DNA of 64,000 nucleotides, taken from contig OZ024752.1 of the NCBI GenBank assembly GCA_964016885.1, forward strand, positions 7,874,001-7,938,000, in the 5' to 3' direction. Source of the DNA: Eledone cirrhosa (Eukaryota). Positions 52,165-64,000 of the stretch are shown here, one piece after another (within the stretch, counting starts at the first letter, position 1; every line of letters starts with the position of its first letter). The notes beneath the pieces are model-generated. The model did no database searches and was not told where the DNA came from. It was given only the letters and a program-made list of their open reading frames with translations. A program made the position numbers and the translations under genes.

Positions 52165-52930
52165 TCATCATTTAACGCCCATCTTCCACACTAACATGGG
52201 TTGGACGGATATGTCCCACTTGAGGCAAGTTTGGTCGGGTGACCGTGTCTCGCTTGTATAGAACTGTTTCTGGATGGTTTCCTACGGCCGGATGCCCTTC
52301 CTAGCGCCAACCACATTTACAGTGTGGGCTGAGTGCTTTTTGTCCAGTTCCTACATGACCATTTTACAGTGAGGACTGGGTGATTTTTATCGTGTCACTT
52401 ACATGACCACTTTACAGTATGGACTGGGTGTTTTTTGTCGTGTCACCTACATGACCACTTTACAGTGAGGACTGGGTGATTTTTATCGTGTCACTTACAT
52501 GACCACTTTACAGTATGGACTGGGTGTTTTTTGTCGTGTCACTTACATGACCACTTTACAGTGAGGACTGGGTGTTTTTGTAGTGTCTTCTACATAACCA
52601 CTTTACAGTGAGGACTGGGTGCTTTTTTTGTTGTGTCACCTACAAGGCCACTTTACAGTGAGGACTGGGTGCTTTTAGTCATGACACCTACATGACCACT
52701 TTACGGTGAGGACTGGGTGCTTTTACACTTACATGGCCACTTTATAGTGTGGACTGGGTGTTTTTTACTGTGTCACCTACAGGATCACTTTACAGTGAGG
52801 ACCGGATGCTTTTTAGCGTGTCACCTACACAACCACTTTACAGTGTGGACTGAGTGCTTTTTACAGTTTCTGCTACCCGACTACTTTACAGTGTGGACTG
52901 GGTGTTTTGTGGTACCAACATAACTTTACA
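52165..52930 (-). repeat. RTE/SINE 3' tail with internal 48/49-bp tandem array
   Basis: Degenerate GACCACTTTACAGTG.GGACTGGGTG units. Confidence 0.85.
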
Positions 52931-53302
52931 GAGAAAGGGTGGTGTGGAAGGATAGTGTAGGGGGTGTTGTATATATATATATGTGTTTGGTATGTATATT
53001 TAATCTTGATAGTTTGTATAATTTTGTATAATTTTGTACATAGATCTGTTGAATATGCATGCCAATTCTAACACATATATATCCTAGAAACGATCGTTAA
53101 ATAATGAACTTTTTTTGTTTAATATAAGGAACTGTTTCATTGTTTTATTCATTATTTGTTTAATATTTTATCTTGACTCTGTATTCCGTTTATCTTTCAC
53201 CGAAAGTGATTTTTCATTACATCTCTTCTTTCCATGATATCCGGAATACATTGAGTTCTTCATACGGATTGGACACTACCGTAAACTCTTGGTAGATTTA
53301 TC

Positions 53303-53383
<81 letters not shown>

Positions 53384-53440
53384 GTTATAAATTCAATTTG
53401 TTGAATAATCAACAAATTAAATAACTCATTGCTTGCGTTT

Positions 53441-53516
53441 ACAGATTGACTTTGTTAGTTTCAGAAGATCCCGTTAAGGGTGAAAGCAGCGATTCTTTGC
53501 TTAAACTTTAATCTGT
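53441..53516 (+). ncRNA. Degenerate type I hammerhead-like fold between (TA)n tracts
   Basis: AGTTT-CAGAAGA-T CCC gttaa GGG T-GAAA-GCA...TGC-TT-AAACT, with extended stem ACAGATTGA/TTAATCTGT. Core U4 is A. Confidence 0.4.
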
Positions 53517-53523
53517 TATATTA

Positions 53524-53625
<102 letters not shown>

Positions 53626-53885
53626 GTATATATAATGTATGTGCTTTGGTGTGATGTGCTTGTTGTAAACTATTAGTTTCCAGTAGTAACAGTAATATTG
53701 AAACAATCCAGGCCAGACTAGGATGTAACTGATGTGAGAGAAGAAACAACACAGTCGGTCCATATCTCCCCCTCTACATCTTCTACATCTTTCTTTACAT
53801 CTATCTTCCTCTACATCTATCTTCTCTGACTTGTGGCCGTAGCAACTAACTGAAAGGAAACATTTTTAACTAAATACATCGACTG

Positions 53886-53934
<49 letters not shown>

Positions 53935-55363
53935 CCCCCTCTCTCTCTATTTATCTCTATCTATCTCTATCTCTCCCATCATATTTACTTCTTTAATTAC
54001 TTTACACGAATAATTACATCCCCCCCCCCCCCCCGCCCATCTCTATACCTCCGCTTCACATTTCACCCTTCTCCATCTAAACATCTCTCTTTACACCAAC
54101 TTCTACAATATGCAGAAATTGCATTTTCCTCGAAATCTCTAAATTATCGTACACGTAGCTGAAATCGATATAGTATCTGGCTTTGTGTCTGTAATATAGT
54201 AATATATATATATCCGTATGTGGTTGACAGCTGAGTGAAGGGGGTACTCAATACCGAAGTATGGTTTTAATATTCATTTTATTAAGGCTAAATAGTGAGT
54301 CTTGTTACTCTGGAGTTTCACCTGTTTATCAGAGGGTTGTTAGACAAGATCTGATGACAATGTGATAAACGGGTGAAACTTAAAATATATGTGTATATAT
54401 ACATATATATATATACATACATTTTAAGTTTCTTTTCCCTGCTTGCAAGGATGGGACGGGAACTGATTCTGGCTTGATTTCTACAGCTGGATGCCCTTCC
54501 TAATACCAACCTCATTTACAGTGAGTGCTGGGTACTTTTTTGCCGTGGTACCTCCACGACCACTGCAGTGGAATGATATGGGCCCCAGTCCCTATCAGTT
54601 CATTTCTACAGCTGAGTAAACTGGAGCCACGTGAAATAAAGTGTCTTGCTCAAGGACACAACACATCACCCGGTTGCAAGGCCAATGCTCTAACCACTAA
54701 GCCATGTGCCTATATATATATATAAACCGTAAAGCAAAGAATCGCTGCTTTCACTCTTAACGATACTTTGCTTAAACTTTAATCTGTTATTTTAATATAA
54801 CTCACCCACACACACACCCCCAAAAAAGTTTTTTCTCCACACGCCACCCACACCCACAACACGCTTAAACCCCACACACACGTGCTTCCCACCACATATT
54901 TACACCCTCAGCCTCCTGATTCCTCTCCCCCACCCCCCTATCCACACACGCACAGACACTCCGACCCACAAAAACACCCCCCACACACACCTCTTCCTGA
55001 ACATGCAACCCCGTTCTTCCCCCAACCCTTACTTTCACATACACACACACACACCTACACACACACACCACCTTCAGCCCTCCCCGCTCGGACACCCCGT
55101 CTCCCTCTCCCCACTCCACCCGCCACCACCCCTACTCACCCCACCCCCTTCCACCACCTGTTTACCCCCCCCTCTTTTAATTTCAGTTTATTTTGATCAT
55201 GCCTTTATTTTTAAATTTTCTCATTCCTTGTATTTTGATCATGCTTTATTTTTATTTTTTATCTTTATTTGTTAATTTTTCATTCGCACCGTTTCCTTTC
55301 GCTATATGTCTCTCCACCACTCCCCTACACACCTTTTGAACTCTGTTCCCACACACTTCTCAC

Positions 55364-55391
55364 CTGAGGAAGGGCTTATGCCCGAAACGTC
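55364..55391 (+). ncRNA. Penelope-type minimal hammerhead core (stem I lost)
   Basis: CTGAGGA-A-GGGC ttat GCCC-GAAA-CGTC. Confidence 0.5.
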
Positions 55392-55481
55392 CCCCCCCCC
55401 AACCCCCCCTCTCCTGAGCGTGAAATTAATAAACATTTATTGTACTGCCTCTCTGTTCTGCCCCTGTTCATATTTTTCCAT

Positions 55482-55528
<47 letters not shown>

Positions 55529-55703
55529 GTATATGTAGACATTGAAGTTGGTGGTTCATCACTGGTTGGAACTTTTCAATCATGAGGCAATGGTATAAAA
55601 GCACTCAACGTGACGCAACTCCTGCCTCCTGTCGCTTTATTCAATTATATATATATATATATATACAATGATATTAAATAAATGGAAACTATAAAGCCAT
55701 ATT

Positions 55704-55765
55704 TATTTTATTTTATATATTTCAAGGGTACCAAAAACTTTGGTACGCTTTCATCAGATAAAATA
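55704..55765 (-). ncRNA. Type I hammerhead motif with mutated cleavage site
   Basis: TATTTTAT-CTGATGA-AAGCGTACCAAA gtt TTTGGTACCCTT-GAAA-TATATA-AA-ATAAAATA. Confidence 0.6.
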
Positions 55766-56165
55766 CAAAGAGTGTTTTATAAATTTTGACATAGCCAAGG
55801 AAACATACCTTATCAGTTGAATTTTCCTTGGGTAGTGAAATCATCATCATCATCATCGTTTAACCTCCATCTTCCACGCTTGCATGGGTTTGGACGGGGA
55901 ATATATATATATATATGGGATAACAAATTATCGTTATAGGTAATCCAGTTAGAGGTTGTGAGTAGTCTGTACCGTGGATAGTTTTAACGTACTGCGTTCT
56001 TTGACTCAACAAGAGGTTTCCATAGTTAGGTAGCGAGTTCGCGAGAATTCCCATGCAGATCTTTCTTGGAGTGATAATAGTGAAAGAGTGAAGAATAACA
56101 TGGTCGGCTGTACAAAAATAAAACCCCTTTTATACAGCCGACCATGTTATTCTTCACTCTTTCAC

Positions 56166-56202
<37 letters not shown>

Positions 56203-56229
56203 ATCAAAAGATGGTTAAAAGAGTTCCAA

Positions 56230-56302
56230 GTATTTTATTATGCGCATTTCAAAAAGAAATATCATCATGGGATGATATCTGCGTTCTCATCAGATAAAAT
56301 AC
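56230..56302 (-). ncRNA. Type I hammerhead ribozyme motif at the centre of fold-back element 56198-56425
   Basis: GTATTTTAT-CTGATGA-stem II (AGATATCATC ccat GATGATATTT)-GAAA-TGCGCA-TA-ATAAAATAC. Confidence 0.75.
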
Positions 56303-56421
56303 TTGAACTCTTTTAACCATCTTTTGATCTTATATTATTTATACTCCAGTCCTACAAACTGTAGAGTGCTACTTATCCGATATTTGCATTGCTTTATTGT
56401 GCTACAATAAAACTCACCTCC

Positions 56422-56493
<72 letters not shown>

Positions 56494-56899
56494 CTGAATA
56501 TAAAAGAAAAATCGAACACAGACATATACATATATGTGTTCAAATCGTAAGGGACTAGCGAATCTGGTCCCTTACGATTTGAACACATATATCTCCGTGT
56601 TCGTTTTTCTTTTATATTCAGTTATAATATACGGCTCGGAAAAATCTCTTTCCTAGAGCTATTTTATTGTAAGAGACTATTTTGAGTTTCTAACTCAATA
56701 TATACCTTTGATATATATATATACATATAGAAGTTATATTTAATTTGTTGGGATACAACAAGCAAATATTTTTATAACTGATATAAAGCACTCAACAAAA
56801 TTTTTGGTGTAAAAATACAATATATTAACAAATGGAAACTATATTTATAAAACCATATTTATTTCATTATACATATTTCAAGGACACTGATCTATATTA

Positions 56900-56964
56900 T
56901 ATTTTATCTGATGAAAGCGCACCATAATTTGCTTTGGTGTCCTTGAAATATGTATAATGAAATA
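56900..56964 (+). ncRNA. Type I hammerhead ribozyme motif in fold-back element ~56730-56995
   Basis: TATTTTAT-CTGATGA-AAGCGCACCA...TGGTGTCCTT-GAAA-TATGTA-TA-ATGAAATA. Confidence 0.75.
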
Positions 56965-56988
56965 AATATAGTTTCCATTTGTTAATAT

Positions 56989-57051
<63 letters not shown>

Positions 57052-57081
57052 AAATTAAAAGATGGTTTAAAAAGTTCCATA

Positions 57082-57148
57082 TATTTTATTATGCGCATTT
57101 CGAAAACATCATCCTGGGACAAAAATTGTGTTCTCATCAGATAAAATA
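57082..57148 (-). ncRNA. Type I hammerhead motif, left arm of the 57049-57354 hairpin
   Basis: Exact reverse complement of 57255-57321. Confidence 0.75.
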
Positions 57149-57254
57149 AGGTAACATGATATGAGGCCTAAAAACACTTGTCAACAAGAAAGTGATATGT
57201 AGACTGAACACTTTCTTGTTCACAAGTGTTTTTAGGCCTCATATCATGTTACCT

Positions 57255-57321
57255 TATTTTATCTGATGAGAACACAATTTTTGTCCCAGGATGATGTTTT
57301 CGAAATGCGCATAATAAAATA
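57255..57321 (+). ncRNA. Type I hammerhead motif, right arm of the 57049-57354 hairpin
   Basis: Stem I TATTTTAT/ATAAAATA, CTGATGA 57263-69, GAAA 57302-05, palindromic ATGCGCAT stem III, predicted cut after A57313. Confidence 0.8.
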
Positions 57322-57621
57322 TATGGAACTTCTTTAACCATCTTTTAATTTCTTCTTTATATATACTCCAGTTCTACCAACTGTTGAGTGCTACTTATCT
57401 GATATATGCATAGTTTTATTGTTCTACAATATTACTCACCTTCTACATATATATATATATGCTAGATTCAGCTGTCGAAATGGCCAGAGCTCAGCCGTCG
57501 GGGTCCTGACTCTTTTCCCATTGCCCACTCTACTACTCTAAGTAATGAGTACTCTGGTGCGTTATGGTCTACCTGGTATCTTACTATTACTACACCCCCT
57601 TTGTTATATATATATATATAT

Positions 57622-58778
57622 GGGAAAGGCGTAGGTAGAAATTCCATTTTGTGTCCCAAATGCAAAGTTTGGGTTCATAAAAGATGTAGTGGGATCACAG
57701 GTAAGCTAACTAAGAACATAGATTTTACATGTGGCCGGTGCTCTGGTGCAATAAGTAGCAGCAAGTGCCCACAAAATACTAGCTCTTTCAACTGCGCAGA
57801 GGGTTCTATAGAAATAGTGGACAGCTTCCGTTACCTGGGTGACAAAATCAGCAGTGGGGGAGGGTGCTCTGAAAGTACAGTAGCTAGAGTCAGAACTGGG
57901 TGGAAAAAGTTCAGAGAGCTTATACCACTATTAGCCGCTAAAGGGTTCTCCCTAAAAATGAAAGGCAGGTTGTACGATGCCTGCATACGAACAGCAATGT
58001 TGCATGGCAGTGAGACCTGGGCATTGTGTGCAGAGGATATACGCAGACTAGAGAGGAACGAAGCTTGCATGCTCCGCTGGATGTGTAATAGTAATATACG
58101 TGAACGACAAAGCATAAACGAACTAAGGAAAAAATTAGAAATAAGAGGGATCAGATGTTGTTTACTAGAGAGAAGGCTACGTTGGTATGGTCACGTGATG
58201 CGCATGAAGGACGATAGCTGTATAACAAAGTGCAGGGCAATAAAGATAGACGGTAGCCACGGAATAGGCAGACCCAGAAAAACCTGGGACGAGCTGATAA
58301 ACTCCGACCTCACACAGTTACACCTCACCAAGACAATGTCACTGGACCGAGACCTTTGGCGGTACTCAGTAATAGAGAAGACCCGCCTTACCTAAATACA
58401 AAGTAAAACCTACTACAGTCAGTAGGCATCTCTAACAAAATACACCCCCGTCCCACCACCCCCACCCCATCCACACCGCCCCCCCTCTATGTAAAGTTAT
58501 GTTGGTGCCACACCATCCAGGCCGAAACAAATGAGATCGTGTAGGTGTCACGACAAAAAAACACACAGTCCACGCTGTAATGTGGCCATGTAGGCAACAC
58601 GGTAAAAACCTCCCAGACCCACACTGTAAATGTGGTTGGTGTTAGGAAGGGCATCCAACTGTAGAAAACCTGCCAGACAGTCCTATGCGAGCAAGACAAT
58701 CACTCTTGCCTCAAGTGGGACTACCCCCGTCCAAACCCATGCAAGCGTGAAACACGGACGTTAAACGATGATGATGAT
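57622..58778 (+). mobile_element. 5'-truncated RTE LINE, open 3' ORF to 58395, 3' UTR and (GAT)n tail
   Basis: CPKC..WVHKRC..CGRC zinc finger-like segment, FRYLGD, MLHGSETW, RLRWYGHV; highly similar to 25443-26875. Confidence 0.9.
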
Positions 58779-60270
58779 ATAGAGAGATATATCATCTGGT
58801 TCATTGTTTGGGTTCAATAGATGTAGGAAAGTAATTATATCAACTGACATTATGTAGGATGACATGTGACATTAATTCAATCATATTAGAGCATGTAATA
58901 ATTGTTCCTAATTTAGGCACAAGACCAGCAATTACCCCAGTGCATTACTGGTACTTTATTTTATCGACCCTGTAAGGATGTAGGGCAAAGTTAACCTCGG
59001 CAAGATTTGAACTCAGACCGTAAAGGACCATAACTCTATGCTGCAAAGCATGGCGTCCGACCCTCTACTGATACTGATATCTATATGTTCGTGTGTGTAT
59101 ATTCCCCCCCCCCCATTTGTGGGTCACTGTATAAGGCCCCACACATTATATATCTATACATTCGTGTGTGTATATTCCTGCCCCCCCCCCCCTTAATCTG
59201 TGGGTCACAATATAAGGCCCCTCGTATATATTTCTTCACCCTTTATTTATATGTAAGTCCTTGGTTTTTGTTTACTCATCACTTCTCAATATTTACCGAG
59301 TTCATTTTTCCTACGTTAACTTTAAAACAAACATTTTTTTAAATTTATATTCCCCAAAATAATTTTCCTTTGTTTTAAATATATATTTTAAGCATTTATC
59401 TTCTCTTCTTCTTTGGCCCCTTATTCCTGAGAGGGTTGTGTGGGCAGAGTCCTCAAACACTCCTTCCAGCAGGTCCTGTCAGAAGCAACCGTCCCCAACT
59501 GATCCGGCTGGATCCCGAAGTGTGACCAACCAAGCTCATGGATGTTATCCAACCATCTTGCTTGGGGTCTACCCCTGGGTCTCCTGCCAGTTGGTTTGGC
59601 CCATAAAATCTGTCCAGCGATTCTTTCCTGAGACATTCTAACCACATGTCCGTAATTTATAATCTTCAAGATATATGTTAGTTAGGAAGTATTTAACAAG
59701 AGTGAAGTGTGGACTGGATGCTTTTTGTTGTGACACCTACATGGCCACTTTACAGCGGGGGTGAGTTGGGGGGACATATTGTATATATGCTTCAGCTTTG
59801 GCCTGTACCGGTGGGAAGTTGAGATATACATATATATATATATATAACAAAGGAAATGTGGTAAGGAACCAGATGGACCATAATGCACCAAAGTATTCAA
59901 TACTTAGGGTAGTAGCTTGGGTAATAGGAACGAGTAGGACGTAGCCGTCGAAACGGGTTGAGCTCAGCCGTCGGGGTCCTACTCGTTCCTATATATATAT
60001 ACTAGACCGCCTGTGATCCATTGGATCTTGTTCACTTAAAAGTATTTTTTTTAAATCGTGAAATGAAATTGGAAGGCCCATATATATATATATGTGTGTG
60101 TAAAAGATAAACAAATAACAACACAATCGGTACAGTATATGGAAGGGATATATTAGGTTAATGCTTGATATGTGGCTGTGTTATAATTTCATTCAACTAA
60201 ACCACCAGCTTCCATTTTCCTTCTCTCTCTTTCAATCTACTCTCCCACAACCACTATCTCTTCCGTTCTA

Positions 60271-60313
<43 letters not shown>

Positions 60314-60973
60314 TTATGAAAGTACCCAGAAAAACCCGTATCTTGGGAACCTGTGCCCTGATTTACACAAAACCTGTTTTCTTCCATTTGTATTCCAATT
60401 TCAGAGGCAATTTCCTTTCAAAGTATTTTCCCATTATGCGCCGCTGAGGCTGTATTAAATTACAGAATAGGGCGGTGGATTGGCAGTATCGGTAGCGGGT
60501 CGGACGCCATGCTTAGACGCATAGAGTTATGGCCCTTGCCATTCTGAGTTCAAATCCCGCTGAGGTTAACTTTACCTTTCATCCTTATGGGGTCGATAAA
60601 ATAAAGTACCAGTAATGCACTGGGGTAATTGCTGGCCTTGTGCCAAAAGTAGAAACAATTAAATTACAGACAAGTACACAACCACAGAGTTTTAGTAGTA
60701 TATATATATATATGAATAAAATTAGTCCTTCATCAGTTATCTTCCAACTTTCATTGGTATTTCATCGCTTTAAAAATCATATGCCTCTAGTTGGCGCGAG
60801 TAATAAAGTTATTGGGACAAGTAAAATAGGGTGAAACGAGCGAGACATGTAAACAAACAAAGATGGTATTGCAATGGAAAGATAGAGACAAGTACACGAT
60901 ATCTGTAAGCTTAAGCTTGGTGAATTCATGGACGAGAGATATAGATCATCCGACATGGGCGAGATGTGAGCGA

Positions 60974-61009
<36 letters not shown>

Positions 61010-62144
61010 TGTATGAGAACTAAAGATGGTGTGTTTACATCATATAACCTGGATCTTCTAATGACACTTGCTTATCTCATTGTTACGGCAGTATCTCGTA
61101 TTTGTTATATTGAATGGGACATTGACGAAGTATTGTTAGGATTATCCAGTACAGTGTAAGTTAGGATGGAAGAAGTTGATTGATAAGATCCCAGACCTCA
61201 TTCACATCATGATACTATCTACTGCTAGCAACTATTGGCAGAAGGAGCAACATGAAATAAAGTGTCTTGCTCAAGGACATAACGCATCGCCCTGTCTGGG
61301 AATCAAACTCACAACCTCACTATTGTGAACCCCATTCTCTAACCATTAAGCCATGTACCTTCAACTGTTTAGGTTTTACCTTATATTTCGTGATATGTTG
61401 TGCCAGTTGCAATCAGGACGTCCTCCCTCGACCTCCAGACTGCAAAATTGGGATGGGTTCACCCCACTCTGATGAAAGAGGAGCTACATGAGGTAGCATG
61501 GATGATGTAGCACAAGCATGTCAAACTGAGGGTCCCCCGAGGGCCAGATGGGTCACATATGTGTTGTCTGAGGGCCACACACGACAACTAACTGCGCACA
61601 TTACAATTAATTTTACCAAGATAAAACATGCTCACGCTGTAACAACCTTTGTGTGGGCCGCAGGTGTGCCTGTAAAGGGCCACATGTTTGACATGCCTGA
61701 TGTAGCGGGTATTGCTAGCTATTCTTTGCAGCAATTCACTATCTTGTCTACAGGGCACAGCTGAGATGTACTACCCGGCCAAAAGTTTAGGGTTTGTCCC
61801 CTTCCTTCTATTTTGTTCCTTAATTTTTCTCCCCAAGCCCCACCCTTCTTTCTCTCTCTCTCTCTCTCTCTCTCTCCTCCTTTTAATATTTTAATCCCCT
61901 TTTTTTATATTTTCACTAACAAATATGTTATTTGAGAGTCAAGACCCATTTTTCCTCAAATTTCATCATCATCATCGTTTAACGTCTATCTTCCACGCTA
62001 GCATGGGTTAGACTGCATCATACTGGCTTTCTTTCACCAAACAATCCTAACCACATATTTTACAATACTTCCTAGAAACTATTTTACTTAATTCATTCTT
62101 AAAGTTAAGAGAAGAAATGTATTACAGAAAACCCTTGGTTTAAT

Positions 62145-62356
62145 ATTTAAACCAGCCATATCTGGCCAGAATTCTCTCACCTCCTTCTGTTCAAACTGGT
62201 TTGTAACTGGCCACTCATACTGATGTTAAGGTATTGTTCTCAAAATAAATAATATCAAAATCTCATTCGATATTATGTGAGATATTTATGTGGGGTAAAG
62301 TGTTTACCATGAAAATACAATAGTATATATAGAGTAATGTAAATAGTAAAGTGTTA
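62145..62356 (-). mobile_element. TTAA MITE, single-unit copy
   Basis: Body plus AGTAAAGTG-TTAA end. Confidence 0.7.
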
Positions 62357-63069
62357 ATGAACCCAATGATGATGATGATGATGATGATAATAATAATATA
62401 AATATGTGAAGTTGTATATCTGGCGACATGGTTTGTTTATAAATAAACATGTCCTTATAACAATAATGATTTCTAGTATAGGCACAAGGCCAGTAATTTG
62501 GGGGAGGGAGAAGTCGATTAAATTGACCCCAGTACGTTACTGGTGCTTTATTTTATCGACCTCGTGAGGATGAAAGACAAAGTTAAACTTGGCGGGATTA
62601 GAACTTAGACTATAAAGGGCCGTAACTCTATGCTGTAAAGCATGGTGCCAACCCTCTATCGATTATTGCCAATCCATAAAGCTGTACTATCACTATAGTC
62701 ACAGCAAATTATACTTCTACACTATCAAAATTGAAATAAAAATGACATATTTTTAATAGAATTGAATCATTTTCTATTGCACATCATCATCATTTTACGT
62801 CCACTTTTCCCTGCTTTCAAGGGTGGGACAGGTCCTATTCAGCACTCATGTATTAAAGCTTTAGTCTCATTAAAACTGTAAAAATGAGCCCAAGATTACT
62901 TTAGATTTGACATACTTTCCCTCCAATTAGGGACCTTTAAATTGGAGGTTTATTGTATTTTAAATCCTTTGAGAATTAGTAAGTCTCTAACTCCGGTGTA
63001 CATAAAGCAATTCATTAGATAAACAGCTGTGTTGTGTCTGTATGTGACTCATACATTATATTTTTAATC

Positions 63070-63929
63070 ATTTAACCTGGCCATATCTGACCAGAATTCT
63101 CTCACCTCTATCTGTTTAAACCGGCTGTAACTGACTGCTCATACTGATGTTAAGGTATTGTTCTCAAAATAAATATCAAAATCTCATAGATTCGATATTA
63201 TGCGAGATATTATGTGTGATAAAGCCTTTACCATAAAAATACAATAGTATATATAGAGTAATGTAAATGTTATGTGAGATATTATGTAAGATAAAGCCTT
63301 TACCATAAAAATACAATAGTATATATAGAGTAATGTAAATGTTATGTGAGATATTATGTAAGATAAAGCCTTTACTGTGAAAATACAATAGTATATATAG
63401 AGTAATGTAAATGTTATGTGAGATATTATGTAAGATAAAGCCTTTACTGTGAAAATACAATAGTATATATAGAGTAATGTAAATGTTATGTGAGATATTA
63501 TGTAAGATAAAGCCTTTACTGTGAAAATACAATAGTATATATAGAGTAATGTAAATGTTATGTGAGATATTATGTAAGATAAAGCCTTTACTGTGAAAAT
63601 ACAATAGTATATATAGAGTAATGTAAATGTTATGTGAGATATTATGTAAGATAAAGCCTTTACTGTGAAAATACAATAGTATATATAGAGTAATGTAAAT
63701 GTTATGTGAGATATTATGTAAGATAAAGCCTTTACTGTGAAAATACAATAGTATATATAGAGTAATGTAAATGTTATGTGAGATATTATGTGAGGTAAAG
63801 CCTTTACTGTGAAAATACAATAGTATATATAGAGTAATGTAAATGTTATGTGAGATATTATGTAAGATAAAGCCTTTACTGTGAAAATACAATAGTATAT
63901 ATAGAGTAATGTAAATGGTAAAGGGTTAA
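63070..63929 (-). mobile_element. TTAA MITE with ~10 homogeneous 72-bp units
   Basis: Ends GGTAAAGGG-TTAA at 63929. Confidence 0.8.
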
Positions 63930-64000
63930 TCAGAGGGAAGGTGGTGTCAATAGCCCTTTCTTATGGCCTCCCATATTGATGGGGAGAGAGAGAGAATGGA

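Noticed and set aside
57601-58395. 264-aa ORF as a host zinc-finger gene or PRAF exon
   Set aside because: It is the C-terminus of an RTE LINE ORF, with a second copy at 25.4-26.9 kb.

Overview
Repeat-rich animal genomic DNA. The SINE/LINE repertoire and microsatellite load suggest an octopod cephalopod (inference). Two protein-coding genes are recognisable. UBA3 (NEDD8 E1 catalytic subunit) lies on the - strand with nine coding exons between 15014 and 3 and continues beyond the left edge. Its intron 9399-10497 is a U12-type AT-AC intron. The first coding exon of a PRA1-family gene (ARL6IP5/PRAF3-like) lies on the + strand at 49583-49764, head-to-head with UBA3 as in human. The rest is transposon-derived: TTAA/CCC-ended (piggyBac-type) MITEs with expandable 60/72-bp arrays, tRNA-derived SINEs, RTE and CR1/L2-type LINE fragments, a Penelope-like RT remnant, and many minisatellites formed by tandem amplification of TE segments. 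The most unusual signal is a set of short fold-back elements inserted in (TA)n tracts. They carry complete or half-overwritten type I hammerhead ribozyme motifs and are densest in the PRAF intron (51-60 kb). Almost all long ORFs in the supplied track are repeat artefacts.
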